A DNA stretch of 64,000 nt. Origin: Bdellovibrionales bacterium. Lineage in GTDB: Bacteria; Bdellovibrionota; Bdellovibrionia; Bdellovibrionales; UBA1609. Shown here piece by piece: positions 34,053 to 47,904 of this stretch. Where the stretch lies: contig JAWLHR010000009.1 in the NCBI GenBank assembly GCA_041690295.1, positions 55,770 through 119,769 on the forward strand, written 5' to 3'. Each line of letters begins with the position of its first letter. The first letter of the stretch is position 1. Under the pieces are notes generated by a model that did not search any database, was not told where the DNA came from, and saw only the letters and a list, made by a program, of their open reading frames with translations. Position numbers and translations under genes: made by a program.

Positions 34053-34657
34053 TTACCGATCTCCTGAATCGCATGACGGTCGCGCGCTCGATGATCATCG
34101 GAATATTGGTCGCGGCGCTCTATTATTTCGTTGTGTTTGATTCGGGAATGCTTCAGCAATCGCAAATCGCGGCCAAAAACCAGCGGATTCAGGAATTGCA
34201 AAGGCAGATCGTTGAAGATCAAAAAAAACTGGAGCGGGCGTTGATCTACAAGCAGACCGCCGCGGAAATCGGAAGTACGATCAACAAGCTGCTGAGTTTG
34301 GTGCCGGAAAAATTCGGTATGTCGGATCTCATGCGCATTGTTTCCAATGAGGCCAAAGTGGCCGGGTTGTCCATGGCGGGAGTCACTCCCGGATCGGTAC
34401 GGGTTTCGCCGGTGGCTTCGGAGTTCGAGGAACTGACCGCTTCGATCGAATTGCAGGGAAGCTTTCTCCAGCACATGGTGTTCCTTTCGAATCTGACCAA
34501 GATCAATCAAATTTTGATCACGAAAAAGATCGATTTCACCCATCTTAAGGACAATCGTGGCGAGGAACCTCCCACTGTGGGAATGAAAGCGGTGATCGTG
34601 GCCTACCGTTACCGTGGGAATGACGGAAACGCCTCTCAGGGAGGGCAGTCTCAATGA
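34049..34657 (+). CDS. pilO: Type IV pilus assembly protein PilO
   Basis: TM plus coiled coil, GSFLQHMVFLSNL; operon position. Confidence 0.9.
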   Translation: MITDLLNRMTVARSMIIGILVAALYYFVVFDSGMLQQSQIAAKNQRIQELQRQIVEDQKKLERALIYKQTAAEIGSTINKLLSLVPEKFGMSDLMRIVSNEAKVAGLSMAGVTPGSVRVSPVASEFEELTASIELQGSFLQHMVFLSNLTKINQILITKKIDFTHLKDNRGEEPPTVGMKAVIVAYRYRGNDGNASQGGQSQ

Positions 34658-35235
34658 GGAGGAATGAACTTCTTCAGCTGCTTTCGTACTTGGCCGCTTC
34701 CCTGATCAGCGTGGGTTTCGCGTTCGTCATCTCATTGAAATTTTTGGGTCCATCGCGCGCTCAGGCTCCGACTCCGCCGCCGGCCGCGGAGCCACAGGCT
34801 CCGGGTCAGCCGCCGGGTGCGAATCAAGCTGACGGGGGACTGATCACCGCGGCCGAGGCCACCTCCGGAATTTCCGAGCTGGAAGGGTTTTTGGAACCGT
34901 TCATCTATGACATCGTCAATCGGCGCGACCCCTTCCAGGCTTTCGCCGAGTATGTACCCATTGAGGACATCGGAACCCAGCGGCCGCTCTCTCCGGCGCA
35001 GCGGTTTGATCTGGATCAGTTGCAGTTAATTGGAATTTTGTGGGACGTAAAAGAACCAAAAGCGATGTTCGTCGACCCGGACAAGGAAGTCCTGGTGTTA
35101 GGCCGCGACGAAAGTATTGGGAACCGCAACGGCTATATCGCCGCCATACGTGAAGGCGAAGTTGTTGTGGTCGAGGCCGTGCGAAAACGGGGCGATATTA
35201 TTTATCGCACAAGAGTCCTTCGCATGGAGCGCTAA
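34654..35235 (+). CDS. pilP: Type IV pilus assembly protein PilP
   Basis: RRDPF, FDLDQLQLIGILW, AMFVDP, IGNRNG motifs. Confidence 0.9.
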   Translation: MRRNELLQLLSYLAASLISVGFAFVISLKFLGPSRAQAPTPPPAAEPQAPGQPPGANQADGGLITAAEATSGISELEGFLEPFIYDIVNRRDPFQAFAEYVPIEDIGTQRPLSPAQRFDLDQLQLIGILWDVKEPKAMFVDPDKEVLVLGRDESIGNRNGYIAAIREGEVVVVEAVRKRGDIIYRTRVLRMER

Positions 35236-35268
35236 ATCTGGTCTAATAAATTATTGGGGGTGTCACGG

Positions 35269-37428
35269 ATGATACGCTTCATAGTCGGGCTTCTCGCCGT
35301 ATTTTTTCTTGGAACTTCCTTGGTGTCGTGCACATCCGGGGATGTGGATAGTGAAACATCCGAAAGCATGGAGCCGATCATGGACGCCGATCTTGCCGCC
35401 GATGAAGGCGGTGGGGATGTGGCGGATGCCGGAGATGTATTGGAGATCGAAGGCGCCGAAGGTGAGGTGGACGCGGAAATCGGCAATGTGAGTGAGGCCG
35501 ATCCCGAATCCGAAAGCGCCCTTGAGGCGGAGCTGGATGCTGAACTTGAATCCGAAGAAGTGGCGGCTCAAGATCAGGAAGGACAAACCGTGGCCGAGGC
35601 ATCGGACGAACCTCCGCCCAGTGAGCTTGAGGATCTTCCGGCCGATGATTTGGAGGCGCCTCCCGCCGAGCCGATCGCGGAAGAACCCATCGCACCGCCA
35701 CCACCCGTGGCGGAAAAAGCCAGAATCCGGGACATTCGTTATTTGGCCAATTCCACTGGCGGTACGGTGGTGATCGAAACCAACCAACCCGTCACCTATC
35801 AAACGAGAATGAACACGGCGACCAATCAATTCATCATTGAAATGGCCGACGTTGAATTACCGCAGGAATTGCAACGTCCGTACAACACACAAGGCGCGGG
35901 TTCCCGTATCGGGGGCATTAACGCTTATCAGACCGCCGGATCCACCACGGCCAGAATTGTGGTTCAACTCGCTGGGCCCACCGGTGGTGCGGAGCCCGTT
36001 GTGCAACAAGAGGGAACTTCGCTGGTGGTGATTCCGCCAATGGCGCCTCCGGTGGCGAAGGCGCCTCCTCCCGCGCCCGAGCCCGCGGAGAAGAAAACCA
36101 GCTCGGGCGAAGCGCTGTCCGCACGGACATTGGATGAGTTCTTGACCGGAAACCAGAAATTTTATGGTCGGTTGATTTCACTACAGGTGAAAGACGCCGA
36201 TGTTCGGGACGTCGTGAACTTTCTCGCCGAGGAAAGCGGCGCGAACATCGTGATGTCGGACGATGTCGATGGAAAAATCTCGCTGAAGTTGCGCCGGGTG
36301 CCCTGGGATCAGGCGCTCGTGACCTTGATGAGAGCCAAGGGCCTGGGCTATATCCGCCAGGGCAATGTTCTCCGCATAAGCACGCTCCGGTCCCTGCAGC
36401 TTGAAACCGAAGCCGCCACCAAGATTATCGAATCGCAAAAATCCATCACACCGAGGACGGTGGAGGTCATTCCGATCAGCTATGCGGCTCTCGATGATTT
36501 GCAGAAAAATATCGCTCCCTTTTTATCTCGAGATGGAAAAGTGGTGGCGGATAACCGGACCAGCACGATCATCGTGGCCGACAGATCCGAAGCGGTGGAC
36601 CGCGTTCGCAAGCTGGTTAAAACGCTCGATATTCCACCGGCGCAAGTTTCAATCGAGAGCAAAATCGTCGAAGCCATCGAAAGCTTCTCCAATTTTCTGG
36701 GCGTGAATTGGGGATTCGCCGGCTCTCCTGTGAATCTCAGCGCCAGCGGTGGTCCATACGGTTCGCCCATCGATCTGACGATGAATGTCCGCTCCGAGAT
36801 TATCAGCGCGGACTTCGCCCGAACCAACCCTTTCAATGCCAACCTGAACATCGGTACGCTGGATTTCTTCGGCAATCTTCAGGCGGCGTTGACCCTGGCG
36901 GAACGGGATTCGCTGGCCAAAGTCATTTCGGCGCCGCGAATCTCCGCCATGAATCGTGAGAAGTCGACCATCACGCAGGAAGGCGAAAACGTTTCCTTGA
37001 AAACTTCACGAAACGAGCAGACCCAAACCATCGCCAAGGAAGCGGTCCGCACCCCTTTCAAGCTGGAAATGTCGGTTACTCCGCAGATCACCGCCGATGG
37101 CGGTGTGATCATGGACCTGGACGTGAAGCGTGAGTTCATCGGTCCGATCGAAGATGAGGAGACCAAAGTTCGCTCGATCAACAAACGATCGGCGAAAACC
37201 AAGGTTTTGGTGAAAAACGGGCAGACCGCGGTGATCGGTGGAATCTATACCAATGATGAACTTGAGGCTTCCAACGGTGTTCCCGGGTTAAAAAATATTC
37301 CTCTCATCGGTTGGCTGTTTAAGAATAGATCCAAGGAGCGGAGCAAGACGGAATTGCTGATTTTCCTCACGCCGCGGATTATGGCTCAAGATGATATGAG
37401 CCAACAAAACACAACCGTGATGAACTAG
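35269..37428 (+). CDS. pilQ: Type IV pilus secretin PilQ (lipoprotein signal, acidic linker, AMIN-like domain)
   Basis: ISLQVKDADVRDV, VPWDQAL, QVSIESKIVE, VPGLKNIPLIGWLF, ELLIFLTPRI; LVSC lipobox; ATG 35269 in frame with track ORF 35254. Confidence 0.96.
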   Translation: MIRFIVGLLAVFFLGTSLVSCTSGDVDSETSESMEPIMDADLAADEGGGDVADAGDVLEIEGAEGEVDAEIGNVSEADPESESALEAELDAELESEEVAAQDQEGQTVAEASDEPPPSELEDLPADDLEAPPAEPIAEEPIAPPPPVAEKARIRDIRYLANSTGGTVVIETNQPVTYQTRMNTATNQFIIEMADVELPQELQRPYNTQGAGSRIGGINAYQTAGSTTARIVVQLAGPTGGAEPVVQQEGTSLVVIPPMAPPVAKAPPPAPEPAEKKTSSGEALSARTLDEFLTGNQKFYGRLISLQVKDADVRDVVNFLAEESGANIVMSDDVDGKISLKLRRVPWDQALVTLMRAKGLGYIRQGNVLRISTLRSLQLETEAATKIIESQKSITPRTVEVIPISYAALDDLQKNIAPFLSRDGKVVADNRTSTIIVADRSEAVDRVRKLVKTLDIPPAQVSIESKIVEAIESFSNFLGVNWGFAGSPVNLSASGGPYGSPIDLTMNVRSEIISADFARTNPFNANLNIGTLDFFGNLQAALTLAERDSLAKVISAPRISAMNREKSTITQEGENVSLKTSRNEQTQTIAKEAVRTPFKLEMSVTPQITADGGVIMDLDVKREFIGPIEDEETKVRSINKRSAKTKVLVKNGQTAVIGGIYTNDELEASNGVPGLKNIPLIGWLFKNRSKERSKTELLIFLTPRIMAQDDMSQQNTTVMN

Positions 37429-37465
37429 AACTGCTCCACTAGCCCTGCAGGCTGGTAGGGCGGTT

Positions 37466-38020
37466 TTAGCGGGTAAAGAAGTAAGCGAATTTCTCAAACC
37501 GGTCGGTGGCGACACCGTCCGCATCCACGAAATAGCCGATGGGCTGAACCTTGACGCGATAACGGTAGTTGCCGGCGGAGTTTTTGGGGTTCGATTCGGC
37601 GATGAACATGACCGGGCCCGAGAAACAGTTGGTGTTGGCGTTGTCCACGCGCAATTCTTGAGAGACGCCCGGGGCCCATGTGCCGAAGCTCGTGTATTCA
37701 CACTCATAATTTTCAAAGGTTTCATTTTTTTCAGAGGGATCAAAATACGATTCGACTGTTATGGGGGTGCCTGAATCGGAAATGCCCGTGACTTCGATCT
37801 TCATCGACACGATGACAAAAGTACCTTCGGTCTGGTTGTCGATTCGAACAGTGAACATGAAATAGGGTGGGGTTCGGTCCGTGCCCGAAGGAGCGCCCAA
37901 GAGAACAATGGGCTCCTTCGGATTGACAATGATCTTGGCTTTGGCCGCCGGATTCTTGTCGTTTCCGCACTGCACGAGAAGCGCTGCTGAGAAAAGTATT
38001 AAAATGAGGTTTTTCATCAT
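37466..38020 (-). CDS. Hypothetical lipoprotein (beta-rich)
   Basis: MMKNLILILFSAALLVQC lipobox; Ig-like alternation; two further Cys. Confidence 0.7.
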   Translation of the reverse strand: MMKNLILILFSAALLVQCGNDKNPAAKAKIIVNPKEPIVLLGAPSGTDRTPPYFMFTVRIDNQTEGTFVIVSMKIEVTGISDSGTPITVESYFDPSEKNETFENYECEYTSFGTWAPGVSQELRVDNANTNCFSGPVMFIAESNPKNSAGNYRYRVKVQPIGYFVDADGVATDRFEKFAYFFTR

Positions 38021-38106
38021 TGGTCCGCTCATAGTTGTGTCTTTCAACAATAGATAAATCGGCAGATTTCATTTACTTATTTAATAGACCCCGATAGATC
38101 ATAGCC

Positions 38107-39399
38107 ATGGATCTTTTTGAGACAGTTCCGGTCAATCCCCAGCTTCTTCCTTTAGCTGAGCGTTTGCGGCCCAAGCGCCTCGAAGACTTCGCCGGCCAGG
38201 AAAAGGTCATGTCGGTGCTCAAGCCGTATCTTAATGAGCCACAGCGCATGCCCAATCTTATTCTTTGGGGCCCTCCCGGAAGTGGAAAAACCACCTTGGC
38301 ACGGGTGATCGCGCAACATTCGAATGCCAAATTCATTGAACTGAACGCGGTGGAAACGGGTGCGAAAGAGATCCGCGCGTTGGGCGAAGACGCCCATTAT
38401 CGTAAGTTGCAGGGCGATCAGACGATTATTTTTATCGACGAAATTCACCGTTTGAACCGCGCTCAGCAGGACGTGCTCCTGCCATTCACCGAGGCGGGCG
38501 ATTTCATTCTCATCGGCGCCACCACGGAGAATCCCAGCTATGAACTCAATTCAGCGTTACTCAGCCGATCCAGAGTCTTGGTTTTCTCACGGCTGGAGTC
38601 ACACCACTTACAACAGCTCATGCGGCGGGGAGCACGTGAACTCGGCGTGGAGCTGGATTCGGTTCTGACCGAGGACGCTCAAACGTTACTGACGGAAATG
38701 GCCGACGGCGATGCCCGAAGATTGCTGACGGCATTGGAATCTTTGATTGTGCATTCGCGCGGTTTATCCGAGCCGCTCACACCCGAACAGGTGAGGGAGA
38801 ACCTCGGTGCCGCTCACCTTCGTTACGACAAAAAAGCCGACGAACACTATGACTGCATTTCGGCGTTCATAAAGAGTATTCGCGGCAGTGACCCCGATGC
38901 GGGGATTTACTACCTGGCGCGGATGCTGGCCGGTGGGGAAGACCCGGTTTTCATCGCCCGACGTCTGGTGATTCTGGCTTCGGAAGACATCGGCAATGCG
39001 GATCCCCGAGCGCTGACATTAGCGGTTTCGGGACTTCAGGCGGTCGAATTGGTGGGGATGCCCGAGGCGGCGATTTGCCTGGCGCAAGTGGTGACTTACC
39101 TAAGCTGCGCCCCGAAATCCAACGCCTCTTATATGGCGATCAACAAGGCCAAAGAAACCGTCGAGAAAACCGGAACCCTGGAAATCCCCTTGGCTCTTCG
39201 CTCGGCCCGCACGCCGCTCGCCAAAAAGCTTGGGTACGGCAAGGGCTACCGCTACGCCCATGACGGCGAAACCGGTTGGCAGCCGATGGATTTCCTGCCG
39301 GAAAGGCTCAAAGGCACGAAGTTTTATGAGTTGTCCGATCATGGATTTGAAAAAACCATGCGGCAGTATCTCGAGTGGATGAAGGGTATCAAGTCTTAA
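38107..39399 (+). CDS. rarA: Replication-associated recombination protein A (RarA/MgsA)
   Basis: PLAERLRP, GPPGSGKTT, IDEIHRLN, ISAFIKSIRGSDPD, ASEDIGNADP. Confidence 0.96.
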   Translation: MDLFETVPVNPQLLPLAERLRPKRLEDFAGQEKVMSVLKPYLNEPQRMPNLILWGPPGSGKTTLARVIAQHSNAKFIELNAVETGAKEIRALGEDAHYRKLQGDQTIIFIDEIHRLNRAQQDVLLPFTEAGDFILIGATTENPSYELNSALLSRSRVLVFSRLESHHLQQLMRRGARELGVELDSVLTEDAQTLLTEMADGDARRLLTALESLIVHSRGLSEPLTPEQVRENLGAAHLRYDKKADEHYDCISAFIKSIRGSDPDAGIYYLARMLAGGEDPVFIARRLVILASEDIGNADPRALTLAVSGLQAVELVGMPEAAICLAQVVTYLSCAPKSNASYMAINKAKETVEKTGTLEIPLALRSARTPLAKKLGYGKGYRYAHDGETGWQPMDFLPERLKGTKFYELSDHGFEKTMRQYLEWMKGIKS

Positions 39400-39508
39400 G
39401 TCGCCGAATTAAAGAGATTTAATATAGTTCTAATCTCCTCTTAAAAAATCTCCATATTCCGTTTTGAATTCGATTTTTTTATTATCGAGTTCATTAAGGA
39501 GGAAAGAG

Positions 39509-40729
39509 ATGAAGAAAAGTGCAGGTCGATTCATTCTCGCATCTGGTTTTCTTTTATTCGCGCTTTTACTCTTGGGATTGAAAATCGAATTCCCTACAAG
39601 TTCCAGGGCCGAGCCGCACTGGCAGGAAAGCTCGCGATCCGCGACCGCTCCGGCGCCGGGAATAGATTTGCAGGCCTTGAATCAGGCGTTCACCGGTTTG
39701 GCGGAGAGACTTTCGCCCTCGGTCGTGAACATTTACACAAGGACCAAAGTTCATGCGGACCTGCCGGACGAGATGTTTCACTTTTTCTTCGGCAATCCGT
39801 TCGGTGACAGGTTTGGTGTGATTCCGATGGAACGTGAGGCGCAGAGTTTGGGTTCCGGCTTTATCATCAACGACAAAGGTTTCATTGTCACCAATACGCA
39901 TGTTGTAAGACATGCCGGCCGCAACGCCGACGAAATCATGGTGAAGTTTTTGAAACAGGATCAAGGCAACGGCTATCCGGCGGAAGTGGTTGGTGTGGAC
40001 GAGCGAACGGATGTGGCGCTTTTAAAACTTAAGTCACCGATGTCCCAACTGACCGTGGCGCCTCTGGGTGACAGTGACAAAGCCAAAGTCGGCGAATGGG
40101 TGATCGCCATCGGCAATCCCTATGGACATGCCCACACCGTCACACAAGGAATAGTCAGCGCGCTGGGACGAAGCCTTGAAAACGTTCAAACGGAGTTCAT
40201 TCAAACTTCGGCCAGCATCAATCCCGGAAATTCCGGTGGTCCGCTCTTCAACCTTCACGGTGAAGTGATCGGCATCAACACGGCGATTGATCCGCGCGCA
40301 CAAGGCATCGGGTTCGCCATTCCCATTAATCTGGCCAAAACGGTGGTTAAGGACTTGATCGAGGAAGGACGCGTCCGCCGCGGTTACATCGGCATTATGA
40401 TGACGTCGCTTTCACCCGAAATTTCCGAAGCGTTGGGAATCGAGCCGAACAAAGGTGTGATCGTCAGGCAAGTGATTGAAAACGGGCCGGCGGCGAAGGC
40501 GGGAATCAGAAAAGGCGATATCATCATCAAAGTGGGCGGTGAAACGATCACCCACGCGGGAAAACTGGTGTCCACCGTCACCTCGTTGAAGGCGGGTCAG
40601 GTGGTGCCGTTTGAGATTCTTCGAGAAGCCAAACCGATCACCCTCAAGGTCACCATCGGTGAAGAACCCAAAGCGGAGCCCAAACCCGTTTACTCACGAA
40701 TGCGCGACTATTTTAAAAGGGAAGGCTGA
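39509..40729 (+). CDS. HtrA/DegQ-family serine protease with one PDZ domain
   Basis: AAGGAGG SD before ATG 39509; GSGFII, TNTHVV (His), TDVALL (Asp), INPGNSGGPL (Ser), C-terminal PDZ. Confidence 0.93.
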   Translation: MKKSAGRFILASGFLLFALLLLGLKIEFPTSSRAEPHWQESSRSATAPAPGIDLQALNQAFTGLAERLSPSVVNIYTRTKVHADLPDEMFHFFFGNPFGDRFGVIPMEREAQSLGSGFIINDKGFIVTNTHVVRHAGRNADEIMVKFLKQDQGNGYPAEVVGVDERTDVALLKLKSPMSQLTVAPLGDSDKAKVGEWVIAIGNPYGHAHTVTQGIVSALGRSLENVQTEFIQTSASINPGNSGGPLFNLHGEVIGINTAIDPRAQGIGFAIPINLAKTVVKDLIEEGRVRRGYIGIMMTSLSPEISEALGIEPNKGVIVRQVIENGPAAKAGIRKGDIIIKVGGETITHAGKLVSTVTSLKAGQVVPFEILREAKPITLKVTIGEEPKAEPKPVYSRMRDYFKREG

Positions 40730-40735
40730 TCGAAG

Positions 40736-40811
<76 letters not shown>

Positions 40812-40894
40812 ACGAAGGTGCGACCGGCGTCTGCCGAAGGGGACAAATTTGACTTACAAACTCTTGAAAGGCAAGGAGTGATTTGACGCAGAGC

Positions 40895-41410
40895 TCAGGC
40901 GCTCGCCTTGGGTTTCCGGGTGAGCCCTTGGAGCCAAATTCGCTCAGGTGTGGTGTCGAAACCAACCGCTTCCGCTCCCCGCAAGACCGAATCAAAAACT
41001 TTCTTCAGAATTTCCAATTCTTCGGGGTGGGCGGGCTCATTGGCCATTGAGTCTTCGATCGCTTCGACCACGGACAATAGGTCGGGCGTGGTCACGACTT
41101 TAGGAAGTTTGCTCAGATCCAAGCCACGGCTCGGCGCCGGCTTGAAGCCGATCAGGTTTTGCGTGAGAAGAATCTTTTTGCCGCTGCTGAAATTCACCTG
41201 CAGGAACAGCTGACCATCGGAATCAATCCGGTGAATCACTTCTTCCAGATCCGCCACCGCGAAGACAATGGCTTTGCCATCCGCACTTTGCGTGATGTGA
41301 ATCTTGTCCTTATCTATGACTCTGGACCGAAGGCCTGTGCTTTTGGCCACAAACTCGTTGATTTGTGAAACCTGCTCATCCTTTTCGTGCCCATTTGGAA
41401 TCTGGCTCAT
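40895..41410 (-). CDS. Hypothetical cytoplasmic protein
   Basis: 171-aa ORF with protein-like composition (LPKVVTTPDLLSVVEAIE); sigma28-like promoter directly upstream. Confidence 0.75.
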   Translation of the reverse strand: MSQIPNGHEKDEQVSQINEFVAKSTGLRSRVIDKDKIHITQSADGKAIVFAVADLEEVIHRIDSDGQLFLQVNFSSGKKILLTQNLIGFKPAPSRGLDLSKLPKVVTTPDLLSVVEAIEDSMANEPAHPEELEILKKVFDSVLRGAEAVGFDTTPERIWLQGLTRKPKASA

Positions 41411-41419
41411 TCATTTATT

Positions 41420-41447
41420 GCATCGACCCTGGCAAAAGAAGACTTGA
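41420..41447 (-). promoter_or_regulatory. Candidate sigma28 promoter
   Basis: Minus strand TCAA-N16-GTCGATGC, 9 nt before ATG 41410. Confidence 0.4.
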
Positions 41448-41555
41448 GGACGAGGTTCATTTTTTAGAGTATTGTCCTGTATCAAACGGAAGCGTGGAGC
41501 CGCCCGAGGCTCCATCGTGGAATCAGTTCGATACATTTTTTTGGAGAGAGATTAA

Positions 41556-41861
41556 ATGTTAGTCAGTCGTTGGCAAGCCCCGATACTTCCCACTCGCCAG
41601 CAGATGGTGTTGATGCTCGAGAGTGAAGGTTTGGAACCCATGGAAGAAACAATTCCACCGGGAAAAGGCATCACCGATCACCGTCATCCGTTTGATGAAG
41701 TTCGCATCGTCGTTTCGGGACAACTTAAGCTCGATATCGCCGGCAATCGATTGTTGTTACGCGCGGGCGATCGCATTCTTATTCCCGCGAACACCCGTCA
41801 CTCCAAGCTCGCGGAAGGCGATGAGCCGTGCGTTTGTCTCTACGCCATGAAGGCCGATTGA
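41556..41861 (+). CDS. Cupin domain protein
   Basis: HRHPFDE...VSG and GD.I.IPANTRH cupin motifs. Confidence 0.85.
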   Translation: MLVSRWQAPILPTRQQMVLMLESEGLEPMEETIPPGKGITDHRHPFDEVRIVVSGQLKLDIAGNRLLLRAGDRILIPANTRHSKLAEGDEPCVCLYAMKAD

Positions 41862-42160
41862 ACACACGTTCTTTGATAAACAAAATTTATTTCTTGTGAT
41901 TTCAATCTCAAAACACTGTCGGCCGTGGGTTTCCGGGCTCACTTGCGCTGCGAAGCCAAGGCCTCTTCGGCCGGATTTCAAAGCGGCCTTCGCGGGACGC
42001 TCCGCCTGGGGCTGAAACCCGCTTGGAATTTGGCGCCCGAAAGGCTATAGATAGGGGCCTAAAAGGGTTGAATTTTCGGGTATTTGCCTATATATTGGGC
42101 ATCTGCTTTCCGGGGCGCGAAAAACTCGCTCTGGCTGCGAAAAAAATCGGTTTTGACCTA

Positions 42161-42189
42161 TTGACCGCGCCCTCGGACTTATATACAAC
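42161..42189 (+). promoter_or_regulatory. Candidate rRNA operon sigma70 promoter
   Basis: TTGACC-N17-TACAAC with upstream A-tract; followed by boxA-like TGCTCTTTGAAAA. Confidence 0.55.
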
Positions 42190-42456
42190 CCTGAATTCTC
42201 GCTTTTGCTCTTTGAAAACTAAATAGCTAGCTATCATGGTTTGTAGGTCCCGTTCGTGGGCTGGGTAAAACCACCGCGAACAGGTCATTAATCTTTGATA
42301 GCGGCCATTCATAATGTACTCAATTGGGAAACTTGCTTTGCAAGTGACCAATGATTTTAGTCAGTGAATGTGCAAGCTAGATCAAAGTTTCGAAATCGAA
42401 TTTGATTTCCCGACGGAAGCCAGCCTGAAAAGGTGGGCGACTGTTGGTTCAGTTTT

Positions 42457-43982
<1,526 letters not shown>

Positions 43983-44119
43983 TTCCTGTATGTCAGGCGT
44001 CACTTCGGTGACATGCCTTCACTTCGGTGAAGGTCGGCTGACGTAGAACTCTCTAGTAGGTCAAACCTACAAATCGTGAAGAGGCTAGCTGTTTAGTTTT
44101 GAGAGAGTGAAAGGCCTGA

Positions 44120-44196
<77 letters not shown>

Positions 44197-44428
44197 GTTC
44201 TTGATAAAGACTGTGGCCGAAGAAGCAGTTGATCTTTGAAAATTGAATAGCATGTTTAGTATTACTGCGATGGCAACACTTTGACTGCCATCGACAGTAG
44301 GCAAGTAACGAGAATTGATTGCAAAGCTTTGCATTTCAATTTGAGTTCAATTCGATCTGGACTTTGCTGGATTACGAGCTCGACCCTGCGTCGATTTAAG
44401 TAATTCTTAGCAAAGTTAGTTTTGATTT

Positions 44429-47407
<2,979 letters not shown>

Positions 47408-47591
47408 TTCTTTGATAGCGCTCTCTGAGTGTTATCAATCAAAAATCAAACTAACTTTGTTAGGAATGACTTAAATTGATTGCAGAGCGAAGTTTCGCAT
47501 CAACAAGTTGCGAGCCGCCTAAACATGCTATTCAATGCCAACTTGGCTTTCGCAAAAGGCTCGGCTTTCGAGGGTTTTGCGAAAGACAAGT

Positions 47592-47710
47592 TCGCTGGTG
47601 TCTTTAGCGACGGGGCCACACCTGATCCCATCCCGAACTCAGAAGTTAAGCCCGTCAGCGGCGATGGTAGTGCAGTGGTAACACTGTGGGAGAGTAGCAC
47701 GATGCCAGCT
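47592..47710 (+). rRNA. rrf: 5S rRNA
   Basis: GCTGGTG...CACCTGATCCCATCCCGAACTCAGAAGTTAAG...GGGAGAGTAG...GCCAGC with paired ends. Confidence 0.97.
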
Positions 47711-47743
47711 TATTTATTGGGAGTCGCGAAAGCGATGACCACC

Positions 47744-47776
47744 AAGCCCGACTGAGAAATCAGCCGGGCTTTTTTT
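47744..47776 (+). terminator. Rho-independent terminator of the rRNA operon
   Basis: AAGCCCG-A-CTGA-GAAA-TCAG-C-CGGGCTT hairpin followed by a T run. Confidence 0.85.
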
Positions 47777-47904
47777 ATTTCCGCAACCAAGCCTAAAAAG
47801 TTTTGTGATAAATTTGCGACCCTGCCGACACTTTCAAAGTGGTGAACAGGCCCAATTGACGCGAAGTCCTTTGGGCGCCCTTTGTACATCGCATCAACAG
47901 GATC

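Noticed and set aside
43998..44035. Direct repeat CACTTCGGTG x2 in the rRNA spacer
   Set aside because: Two ordinary cUUCGg tetraloop hairpins; too short and few for an array.
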